NCBI RefSeq assembly: GCF_039654945.1
Contig: NW_027361685.1
Location: 18,476,001 to 18,540,000 of the forward strand
Direction: 5' to 3'
DNA from: Dendrobates tinctorius
Taxonomy: Eukaryota
DNA: 64,000 nt
A program made the translations under genes and the position numbers. Below the pieces are notes generated by a model. It was not told the DNA's origin. It made no database searches and worked only from the letters and a program-made list of their open reading frames with translations. This document shows positions 1 through 15,737 of this stretch, piece after piece; position 1 is the first letter of the stretch; every line of letters begins with the position of its first letter.

Positions 1-2427
1 TGGAGACAGAGAACTGCTCGCCATTAAGCTAGCCTTGGAGGAGTGGCGATATCTTCTGGAAGGAGCCGTACACCCACTCCAGATCTTCACTGACCACAAG
101 AATCTAGCATATATTCAGTCTGCACATAGGCTTAACCCTCGGCAGGCCAGATGGGCGCTATTCTTTACCCGGTTCGATTTTGAGCTCCATTTTCGTCCTG
201 GTGATAAGAACCTCAAAGCGGATGCCTTATCCCGATCCTTTCTGGTCTCTGATAAAGAGGAGGAGCCTTCACACATAGTGGAGCCTAGCAAGCTTATCGT
301 AGTCGCTCCTGTTAACCTGACTTCCTTACCTCCCAGCAAGACTTTTGTCCAAGACAACGACAGGAGGCGAGTTCTACATTGGGGTCATGCCACCAAGTTA
401 GCCGGCCACGTCGGTCTCAAGAAAATGCTCTCCCTCATCTCTCGCTTTTATTGGTGGCCCTCCCTGCCTCAAGATGTCCGAAGTTTCATCGCCTCTTGCC
501 TGTCTTGTGCCAAGAACAAGGTTCCCCGGCAGCGACCCTCTGCTCTTGCACCCACTTCCGGTTCCCTCGGCCCCGTGGCAACACATTGCGATGGATTTTA
601 TTACGGATCTGCCTCAGTCCTCGGGCCACACCGTCATTTTTGTGGTCGTGGACTGCTTCTCTAAGATGGCCCACTTCACCCCTCTACCAGGATTACCTTC
701 CGCTCTCGAACTGGCGAGAATTTTCATATCTCATATCTTTCGGATCCATGGCTTCCCCAAGCACATTGTCTCGGACAGAGGGGTTCAGTTTACCTCGCGA
801 TTCTGGAGGGCCCTATGCAAGATGATGGAAGTAACGCTGGACTTTTCCTCCGCTTACCATCCTCAATCTAATGGTCAAACGGAGCGTACGAACCAAACTC
901 TCGTGACGTATCTCCGACATTTTTCCAACGCCCACCAGAACGATTGGTCCAGCTTGCTCCCTTGGGCTGAGTTCGCTTACAACAACCATCCCAGCGAATC
1001 CTCCACCAAATCACCCTTCTTTATTGTCTACGGGCAACATCCTGGTGTACCTCTGCCGGTACTCCCGGCCTCGGGTGTGCCGGCGTCCGATCTTCTGACC
1101 GAGGAGTTCTCCAGGGTCTGGCAGGAGACCAAAACCGCACTTGAACGAGCACGTGACAGATTCAAGAGACATGCCGACAAAAGACGCCTAGATTCTCTGT
1201 TGTACCATCCTGGGGATAAAGTTTGGCTATCCTCAAAATTTGTCCGTCTCAAAATTCCCTCTTATAAACTGGGCCCGCGATACATCGGTCCTTTTGAGAT
1301 TTTAGCCCGTATCAATGATGTTGCCTACAAGTTAAGACTCCCCGCTTCGCTACGGATTCCTAACTCGTTCCATGTGTCCCTCTTGAAACCGGTCGTACTC
1401 AATCAGTTCCATGCTTCTGCTGGCTGTGCCCCCGCGCCCGTCTCCGCTCAGGATATTTTTGAGGTTAAGGAAATTCTTGCCATGAAAAGGTCCAGAGGTA
1501 AAACCCTTTTCTTAATTGACTGGAAGGGTTTTGGTCCAGAGGAAAGATCTTGGGAGCCCCGGGAGAACATTCAAGCCCCTCAAATTTTAGCTAAGTTCCT
1601 TTCCGACCTTAAGAGGAGGGGGCGTAAGAGGGGGGTACTGTCACGCTTACCGCTCCCGCTCCCGCTGGTCCCACGCTCGCCGCCTCCACCGCGCGCTCGG
1701 CTCCTGCCGCGTCCTCCTCTGGCTCCACGCTGCCCGTGGCCTCCGGGCGCGCCCGCCGTTCCAGCACGCCCCTGCAGCGGGCGCGCGCCCGCCGTCACTC
1801 CAGCCTCTTGCGCCGCAGTCAGCCTGACTGCTCTGCCCGGGGCGCACGTGCAGCTCACACCCCGGGTCTCAGCACTGGCTAGCCGGTTCTCTCTCCGCCC
1901 CCATGACCCTGCTGATCCGACCCGGAACTCATGTCCCTATAAAAGGCAGCCTCTCCTCTGGATCGCTGCCTGATCGTCTATGGTATTCCATGACAGACTC
2001 TCGGGTCCACCTAAATCCTGCCTAGCACCCAGCCTTGCCTTAGCATATCGCCTTGCTTCACTAGCTGAACTCTCACCGCCTTTGCATTTTCTTCCAGAGC
2101 CGGCCGGTCCAGTCTGTTCCTGCCTCCTCCCGTGTGTGCCTCTTCTGTCTGTCCCTGCCTGCTCCTGTGCCCCGGTCATCCTCTCTATTTAGCCCTGCAG
2201 CCGTTCTTCCTGTGTCCTTCGGACGGTCCTGTCTGCATTTCATCCCGGTGACTGACGGTCTACTCCTCCAGTTGTCCCCAAGGTATCAGCTTCCGCGGCG
2301 ATAGTCTCCTCCGGGCCTGCCCCAAACGCTCCCTGTATAGGGGGTGGTACACCTGGCCTGCTCACCCGGGGGTAGGTTCGTCGTCGCGGTCCTGTGGGTT
2401 CACCCTTGAAGTCCTTCCAGCCTCACA
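1..2427 (+). mobile_element. Ty3/Gypsy chromovirus (Tf1/sushi-type) LTR retrotransposon, 3' part: RNase H, integrase, chromodomain, PPT and 3' LTR
   Basis: RNase H (FTDHKNL...RQARW...ADALSR), HHCC zinc finger, rve core (IAMDFITDLP, IVSDRGVQFTS, HPQSNGQTER), GPY/F motif (YIGPF) and chromodomain (FLIDWKGFGPEERSWEP). Frameshift near 541. Purine tract about 1611-1635, then LTR 1639-2427. Confidence 0.95.
1639..2427 (+). repeat. 3' LTR of the Gypsy element (789 bp)
   Basis: Starts TGTCACGC right after the PPT, ends GCCTCACA (imperfect inverted termini), TATA box CTATAAAA near 1937. Sequence after 2427 resumes the piggyBac element also seen inverted near 28905. Confidence 0.85.
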
Positions 2428-3722
2428 GACACAAGCTGGGCACGATATATTGGGCACTACAATGACATTTTTGCAATTTTTTCTCTGAAACTTCTACGAG
2501 TTTCTGGAAATCATCCATGTAGTGAAAATGGTGACTATATCCATAGATGAATTCCCAGAGGGGTGTCATTTCCAAAATGGGGTCACTTCAGGAGGGAATT
2601 CATCTCTGGGTGTAGTGACCATTTACCTATCTACCTATTTTCCAATGTAAAATCTGGGGTTAAAACAACATTTTAATTGTAAAAATGTAATTATTTCTTC
2701 TTCACTGCCTAATGGTATAATTGTCTATGGAACAGCTGTGGTGTCAGTATGCTCACTGCACCACTAGAAGAATTCATTCAGGGAAGTATTTGGTAAAATG
2801 CAGTCACTTTTGGGGCTTATGCTGTTCTGGCACCTCAGGGGCTCTGACAATGTGACATGTCACCCACAAACAATTCCAGCAAAATCTGCTCTCCAATATG
2901 GCGCTCCTTCCCTTCCAAGTTCTGCCATGCGCCCAAGCAGTAGTATTCTCCCACATATGGGGTATCGGCGAGCTTAGGAGAAATTGCACTACAAATTGTA
3001 TGGAGCAATTTCTCCTGTTACCCTTATGAAAATGCAAAATATGGAGCTAAAAAGATTTGTGAAAAATCTTATTTTTTTTTTTATTTGCATGGCGTCATGT
3101 TATAAACGTCTGTGAAGCACCTGTGGGTTCAAGGTGCTCAATATACATCTGGATAAGTTCCCTAAGGGGTCTAGTTTAAAAAATGGGGTCCCTTTTTGGG
3201 AGTTTCTACTGTTTAGGCACATCAGGGGCTCTCCAAACACGACATGGCAACCACTAATTATTACAGCATATTTTACATTCAAAAAGTCAAATGGCGCTCC
3301 TTCCCTTCCGAGCCCTGCCGTGCCCTAACAACAGATTTCCCCCACATATGGGGTATCGGCATGCTCAGGAGAAATTGCAAAACAAAATGTATTGTCCATT
3401 TTCTCCTGTTACCCTGGCGAAAGTAAAAAATAATTAGGTCTAAGTGAAAATTTTTGTGAAAGAAAAGTAAATGTTTATTTTTTCCTTCCACATTCCATTC
3501 ATTCCTGTGAAGAACCTGAAGGGTTAATAAACTTCTTGAATGTGGTTTTGAGCTCCTTGATGGGTGCACTCTTTAGAATGGTGTCAATTTTGTGTATTTT
3601 CTGTCATATTGACCCCCAAACTCACTTCAAATGTGACGTGGTCCCTAAAAAATGGTTTTGTAAATTTTGTTGTAAAAATGAGAAATCGCTGGTCAACTTT
3701 TAACCCTTATAACTTCCTAACA
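2428..3722. mobile_element. piggyBac element subterminal region; inverted paralogue of about 27530-28905 and host of the Gypsy insertion
   Basis: Reverse complement matches the region between the TTAA-CCC terminus and the transposase of the 27191 element (e.g. GACACAAGCTGGGCAC...ATATATTGGGCACTAC; TTTAACCCTTATAACTTCCTAAC). Confidence 0.8.
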
Positions 3723-3744
3723 ATAAAATTTGATATAGTTGATA

Positions 3745-4080
3745 CAGATGCTGCTGCGCAGGCGCCGCCATCACCGGTGACATTGTGCTGGATGTAATTT
3801 TTTTCTAAGCCTCACAATAGCCACAATATTATAGGCATTATCAACAATAATATCAATGCAATTATATGCATTATGTAATAATGGGGGCAGGTCAGTGAGG
3901 GGTCAGCGACCTGTCATAAGCCAATACAGAGGAATATGTAATCAGAGCACCACATAAAGCCCCACCCACAGCCCCACCCACAGCCCCGCCCACAGCCCCA
4001 CCCACAGCCCCGCCCCAGAGCACGAGAATCTCATTAACTGAAAACTACAAATACAGATTACACAACAGTAAACCAGAGTT
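3745..4080. mobile_element. One arm of a palindromic T2/Kolobok-type MITE, including a 12-bp GCCCCACCCACA repeat (about 5 copies, 3959-4018)
   Basis: Homologous to 26870-27115 and to the more complete copy at 54943-55430. Confidence 0.6.
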
Positions 4081-4406
4081 GCCCTCATTTATGGTGGACC
4101 ATTGGAGCTACTATGGATCCTGACCAGAAGATTAGAGAAAATAATATTGCTCCCCATTTCAGGAGAGACTGTGCAGTAATCTGAATTCCTTAGGATCAAA
4201 AACAATGTAATTGGCTGTAAGTTCTATAGAAAAGGGCTTTCAATGCCCAAAGTCATTTGAACAGTTTTGGTTGGAGGAGAATGTTGTCGTCTAGAGGCAA
4301 AATGGTGATCATGGTAATACGGCCGGACTACACCACCGATAAAGCAGCCACAGCCGGTGACTGATAGGAATCTGTGACTTCTCTGCATTCAGTGGTTACT
4401 ACTCAC

Positions 4407-5466
4407 CTGGGTAGTCATATGTGGGAATCTCCTCTTTACACCACTCATCACCCCTCACATATGTGTCTGTAGTATTAATATGGGTCAGATCTTCACCCTG
4501 AAACAAATATTGTAAAAGTCACAGACAGATGGAGAAGTCCCATCTATGATCAGCTCTAATCCTGCCATCTCCACCGTTCTCATTACACAAGTATAAAACA
4601 TAATACTGGGGGATAAAACAAGACTGAGCACAAGACCTTCACAGCCGTCTACACATCATAGGGGAGATCTCCTGACACCTTCTCTCCATCTACCTGAGGA
4701 TCCTGAGGAGCACTGGGATCTTCTTGGTTACAGTCCTGTGGAAGAAGAGGACGGGGACATCTCTCTGGTGTTGTCCTCTTACTGGATAGATCTGGAGGAA
4801 ACACATACAGGGACTGAATTCATTCTCTACATACAGATAATTATAGGCCGTGTGTATTTAGTCCTGTCTATTACCTGGTGATGTGAGGGGCTGGGGAACC
4901 TCCATTATGACATTCTTGTACAGATCTCTGTGTCCTTCTAAATACTCCCACTCCTCCATGGAGAAATAGACAGCGACATCCTGACACCTTATAGGAACCT
5001 GACACATACAATGATACCGTCATCTCCCCGATCCCTTCATAGTGTTACTGTATAATGTCCCAGCATTCCCAGCAGTGTCACCTCTCCAGTCAGCAGCTCA
5101 ATCATCTTGTAGATGAGTTCTAGGATCTTCTGGTCATTGATGTCCTCATGGATCAGGGGGTGAGGTGGAGGCCCCGTGATTGGGCTCAGGGGTCTTCCAC
5201 ATCCCTCAGACACAGGGTCCTGACAGCGATCACTAGAGGTCTTCTTCACCACTGTGTAATCCTGGTTATGGAGAGACATTAATAAATCTCACTACAGACA
5301 TTTCCAGAGTCGTCACCTCTCCAGTTCTGTCCATCTATTATTCCCATAGATAAGAATGATGTAATGTGACGTCATCAGAATCTCTCACCTCTCCAGTGAG
5401 ACGGAAGAGGATCTCTAGGGTGAGGTGTAATATCCTCTCCGCCATCTTGTCTCTGTCCATATCCAT
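4407..5466 (-). CDS. FAX/KRAB-like C2H2 zinc-finger gene, paralogue A; five N-terminal coding exons (ZF exon lies beyond the left edge)
   Basis: GT-AG exons 5466-5389 (78 nt), 5261-5082 (180), 4998-4875 (124, KRAB-A-like [28 protein letters not shown]), 4791-4694 (98), 4497-4407 (91). Sizes identical to paralogues B and C; reading frame open. Confidence 0.88.
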
Positions 5467-6176
5467 CCTTGATGGGTAAATCAGGAAAATTCTCTTCTGT
5501 AGAAGATCTTCCCTGAGAGGATCCGATATTGTAGAGACCTGAATGAGAAGATGATCCGATGTAACACCATAAGAATCCTGTGTAATAATACACTTACTGG
5601 CGATAATAAGGGAAACATAGGAGGAGATTTATTATCTTACAGGGTTTAGTTTTCTCCCCTGACATCTACTAATAAAACCTATATATTTAGGCCACAGACA
5701 ACATGCAGTTTTCTCCTCGGTGTCGGCAGCTGAACACGTTCCTCATAGACTCATCTTCCATAACGCTAATTCTCGTCTCATTCCCGACACTGGAATCGGC
5801 ATTAGCAATACTGCAGGAGAGATTCATTACACGCGACATGAGAAATAACTCCTTCATGATGAGGACGACATCTTCATCTACTACTGCGGATCTAGAGACA
5901 GATTTGGCCAGAGTCGGTCACTGCCTCCATCCCCACCGGCCGTCTATATGAAGGTTTCCCGTCTTCCCCGCACTGGAATCTTCCATCACGTTAGATCTCA
6001 GCTCTGAGTCACACACAGAAGTTTGAGGCTTTTAGAAAAAATTTTTAGTTTCCACAAACACAACGGACAGAAATGATCTGATCCCAAAGTCTCCATGTAC
6101 AGTGATTTATGGGGTTTATTTCTGGCCTGAGGCTTTCCCATATTACAAGAAAAACTCCAGAAAAAGCCGATATTAA

Positions 6177-8603
6177 CACCTTTCCTACATTAGACGTACT
6201 ATTCCGTCCATGTGACCTGGGACCTAAGTCCCAAGGACGGGATAGTACGTCTAGCGCGATCAGCTGCACTCACGGGGGGAACGCAGCTGATCGAGGCCGG
6301 GTGTCAGCTGATTATCACAGCTGACACCCAACACTATGTGTCAGGGGCGGTCACGAACTGCCCCGACACGTTAACTCCTGGCACACTGCGATCAAACACG
6401 ATCGCAGTGTATCGGGGGTTTAGGGAAGCATCGGCAGGGAGGAGGCTCCCTCCGTGCTTCCCTGAGACCCCCACAGCAGCGCGATGTGCAGCACTGCTGC
6501 GTGGGGCTCCTTCCCTGCAGGTCCCCGAATCCAAAATGGCGGCGGGGACCTTCGGGGGCCTGCAGGGAGGCGGCTTCCTCATGCCTGCAAAGCACCAGCA
6601 TGAGGAAGCCTGCAGCACTGCCTGTGACAGATCGCTGATCTCTCACAACGATCTGTGATGTGACAGATCAGCGATCTGTCACATGACATTTATGTCCCCC
6701 CTGGGACAAAGTAATAAAGTAAAAAAAAAAAAAAAAAAAAGTTTAAAAATAATTTATAAAAAAATCACTAAATAAATTTAAAAAATATATATACATATAT
6801 TCCCTAATAAATTCATTTTTTGAAAAAAAATAAATAAATAAAAGTACACATATTTGGTAACGCTGCATCCGTAACGATCCGCCCTATAAAACTGTCCCAC
6901 TAATTAACCTCTTTGTTGAACCTCTTAAATAAAAATAACAAATGAAGCAAAAAATAATGCTTTATCATCATACCGCCGAACAAAAAGTGCAATAACGCGC
7001 GATCAAAAAGACGGATATAAATAACCATGGTACCGCTGAAAACGTCATCTTGTCCCGCAAAAAACGAGCTGCCATACAGCATCATCCGCAAAAAAATTAA
7101 AAAGTTATAGCTCACAGAATAATTATTTTTTATATAAAATTGTTTTCAGTGCATAAAAGCGCCAAAACATAAAAAAAGAGATAAATGAGGTATGGCTGTA
7201 ACCGTACTGACCCGAAGAATAAAACCGCTTTATCAATTTTACAGCACGCGGAACGGTGCAAACGCACCCCCCAAAAAAAATACATGAAACGTTGGTTTTT
7301 GTTAATTCTGTGTCCCAAAAATCGGAATAAAAAGCGATCAAAAAATGTCACGTGCCCGAAAATGGTACCAATAAAAACGTCAACTCGTCCCGCAAAACAT
7401 AAGACCTCACATGACTCAGTGGGTCAAAATATGGAAAAATTATAGCTCTCAATATGTGGTGATGCATAAACAATTTTTACAATAAAAAGCGTCTTTAAGC
7501 GTGTGACAGCCGCCAAACATAAAAACCGCCATAAATAGTAAATCAAACCCCCCGTTATCACCCCCTTAGTAAGGGAAAAATAATAAAATAAAAGAAAAAT
7601 ATTTCCATTTTCCCATTAGGGCTAGGGTTAGGGCTAGGGTTAGGGCTGAGATTAGGGTTAGGGGTGTGTTGGGGTTAGGATTGGAGTTAGAATAGGGGGG
7701 TTTCCACTGTTTTGGTACATCAGGTGCTCTCCAAATGCAACATGGCGTCCGATCTCAATTCTAGCCAAAAAGGTCAAATGGCGCTGCTTCCCTTCCGAGC
7801 TCTGCCATGCGCCCAAATAGTGGTTTACCCCCACATATGGGGTATCAGCGTACTCAAGACAAATTGCACAATAACTTTTAGGGTCCTGTTGCTCTTGGGA
7901 AAATAAAAATTGGGGTAAAAAGATCATTTTTGTGGAAAAAATATGATTAATTGTACGGCTGTACTTTATAAACTTCAGTGAAGCCCTTGGGGGTTCAAAG
8001 TGCTCACCACATAGATACGCTTCTTGGCGGGTGTAGTTTCCAAAATGGGGTCACTTGTGGGGGGTTTCCTCTGTTTAGGTACATCAGGGGCTCTCCAAAC
8101 GTGACATGACGTCCGATCTCAATTCCAGCCAATTTTGCACTGTAAAAGTCAAACGGCGCTCCTTCCCTTCTGAGCTCTGCCATGCGTCGAAACAGTGGTT
8201 CCTTCCCACATATCAGGTATCAGCGTACTCAAGACAAATTGCACAATAACTTTTCCAGTCCAATTTCTCCTGTTACCCTTGGTAAAATAAAAAAAATGGA
8301 CCTGAAGTATTTTTTTTGTGAAAAAAAGTTAAATGTTCTTTTTTTTTTTAAATATTCAATAAATTCCTGTGACGCACCTGAAGGGTTAATAAACTTCTTG
8401 AATGTGGTTTTGAGCACCTTGAGGGGTGCAGTTTTAAGAATGGTGTCACTTTTGGGTATTTTCTATCATATAGACCCCTCAGAGTGGCTTCAAATGTGAT
8501 GTGGGCCGTAAAAATAAAATGGTGTTGTAAAAATGAGAAATCGCTGGTCAACTTTTAACCCTTATAATTTCCTAACTAAAAAAAATTTTGATTCCCAAAT
8601 TGT
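6177..8603. mobile_element. Non-autonomous piggyBac-type element, right end lost
   Basis: Begins after TTAA (6173-6176) with CACCTTT. The paralogous site near 57920 is empty (GCCGATATTAA-AATG). Internal degenerate repeats of about 350 bp are shared with the other piggyBac copies. Confidence 0.7.
7616..7690 (+). repeat. Degenerate telomere-like (TTAGGG/CTAGGG)n tract inside the piggyBac-type element
   Basis: TTAGGGCTAGGGTTAGGGCTAGGGTTAGGG... Confidence 0.75.
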
Positions 8604-9855
8604 GCTGTATAATGAGGCCCAGGCTTTATAGAGAAGGGACAGGAGTGAGGGCCTGTGCCCAGGAGCTACAGTCTGAGGAAAGGGCTAAAAAGTCTTCACT
8701 AGACCCCTGTACAGCTGTATAATGAGGCCCAGGCTTTATAGTGAAGGGACAGGAGTGAGGGCCTGTGCCCAGGAGCTACTGTCTGAGGAAAGGGCTAAAA
8801 AGCCTTCACTAGACCCCTGTACAGCTGTATAATGAGGCCCAGGCTTTATAGTGAAGGGACAGGAGTGAGGGCCTGTTCCCAGGAGCTACAGTCTGAGGAA
8901 AGAGGTAAAAAGTCTTCACTAGACCCCTGTACAGCTGTATAATGAGGCCCGGGCTTTATAGTGAAGGGACAGGAGTGAGGGCCTGTGCTCAGGGGCTACA
9001 GTCTGAGGAAAGGGCTAAAAAGCCTTCACTAGACCCCTGTACAGCTGTATAATGAGGCCCAGGCTTTATAGTGAAGGGACAGGAGTGAGGGCCTGTGCTC
9101 AGGAGCTACAGTCTGAGGAAAGGGCTAAAAAGCCTTCACTAGACCCCTGTACAGCTGTATAATGAGGCCCAGGCTTTATAGTGAAGGGACAGGAGTGAAG
9201 GCCTGTGCTCAGGGGCTACAGTCTGAGGAAAGGGCTAAAAAGCCTTCACTAGATCCCTGTACAGCTGTATAATGAGGCCCAGGCTTTATAGTGAAGGGAC
9301 AGGAGTGAGGACCTGTTTCCAGGAGCTACAGTCTGAGGAAAGGGCTAAAAAGCCTTCACTAGAGCCCTGTACAGCTGTATAATGAGGCCCAGGCTTTATA
9401 GTGAAGGGACAGGAGTGAGGGCCTGTTCCCAGGAGCTACAGTCTGAGGAAAGGGCTAAAAAGCCTTCACTAGACCCCTGTACAGCTGTATAATGAGGCCC
9501 AGGCTTTATAGTGAAGGGACAGGAGTGAGGGCCTGTTCCCAGGAGCTACAGTCTGAGGAAAGGGCTAAAAAGCCTTCACTAGACCCCTGTACAGCTGTAT
9601 AATGAGGCCCAGGCTTTATAGTGAAGGGACAGGAGTGAGGGCCTGTTCCCAGGAGCTACAGTCTGAGGAAAGGGCTAAAAAGCCTTCACTAGACCCCTGT
9701 ACAGCTGTATAATGAGGCCCAGGCTTTATAGTGAAGGGACAGGAGTGAGGGCCTGTGCCCAGGAGCTACAGTCTGAGGAAAGGGCTAAAAAGCCTTCACT
9801 AGACCCCTGTACAGCTGTATAATGAGGCCCAGGCTTTATAGTGAAGGGACAGGAG
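8604..9855. repeat. 110-bp tandem repeat, about 11.4 copies
   Basis: AATGAGGCCC recurs at 8611, 8721, 8831 ... 9821 (period exactly 110); only scattered substitutions. Confidence 0.98.
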
Positions 9856-9904
9856 GGAGAAAAGTGGGGAAAGGAGCCAGAAGAGCCGGACTGCCCATCA
9901 CTAA

Positions 9905-9995
9905 CCTGCAGAGCCGCACTCCACATATATGGCTGCTCTGTGCACAGGACCTGTGATGAGGTCACAGGAGGGGAGGAGTCAGGGGTCACATGATC
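9905..9995 (-). promoter_or_regulatory. Putative promoter / first non-coding exon of ZNF paralogue A
   Basis: About 65-bp block (GATCATGTGACCCCTGACTCCTCCCCTCCTGTGACCTCATCACAGGTCCTGTG..CACAGAGCAGC) is the inverted homologue of 23728-23793 upstream of B. Followed on the minus strand by a CAG|GTTAGT donor-like site. Confidence 0.5.
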
Positions 9996-12900
9996 TCCGG
10001 AGTGCAGACCTCCATGGAGCCTTCTCCTCAGTCACTGACATTCCCGCCATTATTCGCCCCTCACTACTGGCACAATTACCCCGCGCCGCCTTCTCTACAC
10101 AGTGTTATGTGTGGAATGTAACGTGTGATATCTCTGGAGGGAAATAGACCCCACACATGAGGGAATTCTCCCCAGTTACCGGCCGTCTACTATATGGCGG
10201 CATATGATTGTGCTATCGACTCCACACCAGGAGCTAAAATGCCCAAATCTCTAATGTAACCGCTATAAGAGAAGATATAACAAATTTCCCCTAAACTCAC
10301 ACAGCGGAGGAGGCCTCACTTGGAGCAATGTGACTCGCGCACAGAAAATCTATTCCCGGTTCTGTGATAAGTTATCGGCTGACAGGAAGAAGAAAGGTCT
10401 GAATTACAGCCCAGACTGGAGGAGAAACTGCAGGAGTGAGAATTGGCCAATCAGCGCTCTTCACCCCTATACTTATCTACACAAATACAAGATATGAAAT
10501 GACAATTAGACGCCATTCTCACCACCAGAACGGAGAGGCGCTAACTTGGAGTAAAGCCGCGTTTTATCACCATGCCAATAAGCCTAATAAGATGCCGCTC
10601 GTAAGCTCAGAATGAGAGAGTCACTGCATATAATCTCCTCTATAAAAGACCCTAAGGGTCAGACCTCAGCCCACCCCGATGTCATGTATAGCACTTATAA
10701 TGAATACTCCCAGAGTTTGTATTCGCCCCCACAATCACCCCCCTCACTACTGGAGTCATTCCTTCACACACTACATCTACCTAACCTGACTGAGTCTGCG
10801 GCACAACAACTCCATTTACACATCTCTGAGGAGGAAATAGTTTCACCAACCAAAAAACTAAAAAGAGGAAAGGACCCGGGGCCGGATGGTCTTACAGCAA
10901 TATATTATAAAAAATGCAGCGATGTGCTGACACCACATATAAAAACCTCTGTAATTCACTACTAAATGGCTCACAGCTGCCCCCTGAGTTCTACGTGCCG
11001 CATGTAACCGTAATCCCTAATCCTAAGAAAGATCATCTCACCACAAATTATAGACCTATATCCCTCTTATACATTGACTTCAAAATCTTTACATCCATTG
11101 TGACAGGATCAATAAAATCCTCCCTCACCTCATCCATCGGGGTCAGGTTGGTTTTATACCAGTGCGACAGGCCCCAGATAATATTAGGAGAGCGTTAAAT
11201 ATTATTCATACAACTAACCTACAGCGAAAGCGACTTCTCCTGCTTGCATTAGATACTGAGAGGGCTTTCGATTCGGTGTCCTGGACATATCTCTTTACGG
11301 TTCTATCGGAAGTCGGATTCTCCCCTAAACTTATAAAGTGCCTCCAATTGTTATATGATAGCCCTATCGCTTATGTAAAACTCCCGTCACCACATCCCAC
11401 TCCAATTAATATTCAGAGGGTACCAGGCAGGGCGGTCCTCTATCTCCGGATCTTTTTGCACTTGCAATGGAACCCATTGTGGAAGCAATAAGGAGAGATC
11501 AGAATATCCTGGGCCCTGAGAATATGGGAGACCAATATAAAGTCAGCCTCTTTGCGGATGATCTCCTGCTAACATTAATAAGTCCCCACACTACACTCCC
11601 TCACTTGTTTTCCCTCCTTCACGAATTTGAGAAGATCTCAGGGTTAAAGATTAGCATTGATAAATCCGAAGCATTATTTGTAAATTTTCCTAAGACAGAG
11701 CAAACTAATATAGCCTCCCATTTTGGGTTTATACACAAAGAACATTATCTAACATATCTGGGTATCAACTTAACAGCCAACAGGTCACCTCTGTTTAGGT
11801 GGAATTACACTCCACTGATCCATAACTTCCAGAGGGACCTGGATAGATGGGCTTCCTCAAAGTTATCCTGGCTCGGCAGAATACAGGCATTAAAAATGGT
11901 GTCACTGCCTCGCTTCTTATATCTATTTAGGTCCCTCCCAATTATGGTACCAGCCAGAACGTTCACTCAGTTACACTCTATGATGTCTAAGTTTCTTTGG
12001 CTCAGAAAACAACCCAGAATTGTGCAAAAACTTATGTTCCGTCACAGAAAAGAAGGGGGTTTATCCCTCCCTAATTTTACACTTTATTACAAGTCGGCAC
12101 AGATTGCTCCATTAATAAGTGCGTGTTCATATCCCAATAGTCCGAGATGGGTTATTCTGGAATCATTTCTCTCCAAACCATTCTCTTTATCAGGCCTAAT
12201 GTGGACCACAGACCGACTTCCACGGGGGTTAATGAATGTGGCTTCTTTTACAGTCCACTCGTTGCTTCTTTGGAGGAAAGTCCGGTTTAAATATAACTTA
12301 CAATCAAGCCCTTCTCCCCTGACAGCCATATTACAAAACCCCATGTTCCCGCCAGGCCTTGAGCCACAAATGTTTTCTTGGTGGAAGCTGAAAGGTATTC
12401 ATATACTTAAACATTTGTGTTCCCCATTTAATATCTTACTTGACAGACAGGAATTTGTTCAAACATTTGACCCTCCAGTTAGGGAGGTAATGCGACTGAA
12501 CCAGATCTCCCACTTTGCAAAGCAGATCCTCCCGAGCGGTACTACTCTCAGGGCAACCTGCTTTTAAAATTAATGTCTAAATGACCCTTTGGGCAGGGGA
12601 ACGATCTCTCATTGACTGTAGTGTAGCTACCGGGGGGGCAGAGGGGGTGGTGGCCCCGGGCCCCGTGCTCTGATGGGGCCCACCCGAGCTATGCTATGTA
12701 ACTATATCGGCGTGCAGATCGCGCCGATACAATTACATGCTGCAGCAGGGAGTGAGTCATGTGACCGCTCTTCTGCAGAGGAGAGGGGGAGGGGAGGTCA
12801 CTCACCCAATCCTGGCTGAGCGCGCTCTTCTTGAAAGCTCCCTGCTGCAGAGAAGTCATCAGCTCCAGCAGCAGCCTGGATGCAGGGGGCTCTGCCTCTG

Positions 12901-13247
12901 CCTGTGAGCTGAGCTCCCTGTCTGCACTTGATTGCTTCTGACTGAGAGGAGTCTGACAGCTGAGGAGCGTGCTACTCCAGGACCGGTGGACACTGCACAC
13001 AGCATGGGGATTGATGAGTATCTATGTCATTTACTATTTGAAGTGTCTAATCTGTTGCTTTGGATATATACATACAACTTACTGCTATTGGGGTGTAATA
13101 TTCATTACATGATGCTCTCCTTACGTGTCACATAGTTTTCAGGCACTTTGCAGCGGTCACTGATGCGCTATATGGCGATGCTTTGTCTTGGCCTGGGAAT
13201 TTACTGCACTTTGGGACTGAGAGAAAACCAGGAAAAGTGCAAACTAG

Positions 13248-13956
<709 letters not shown>

Positions 13957-14103
13957 TAACTAGTGTTTGCTGCTCCTACTGGGAAGTGAAGTCTGGCACT
14001 TGTAGTGCCACAGCAGCAGTTAGTGCTTGGTGACAAATAGCTGTGGAATAGTGTGTTTCTATACAGCGATTGTTAGTGGCATGGACATGTTACTAGTGTG
14101 ATA

Positions 14104-15737
<1,634 letters not shown>

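Noticed and set aside
7616-7690. Chromosome fusion site or true telomere
   Set aside because: Short, degenerate, single orientation, and inside a transposon.
8604-9855. CRISPR-like appearance of the regular repeat arrays (also 16448-17873 and 32761-33519)
   Set aside because: Head-to-tail units with no unique spacers, no cas genes, vertebrate context.
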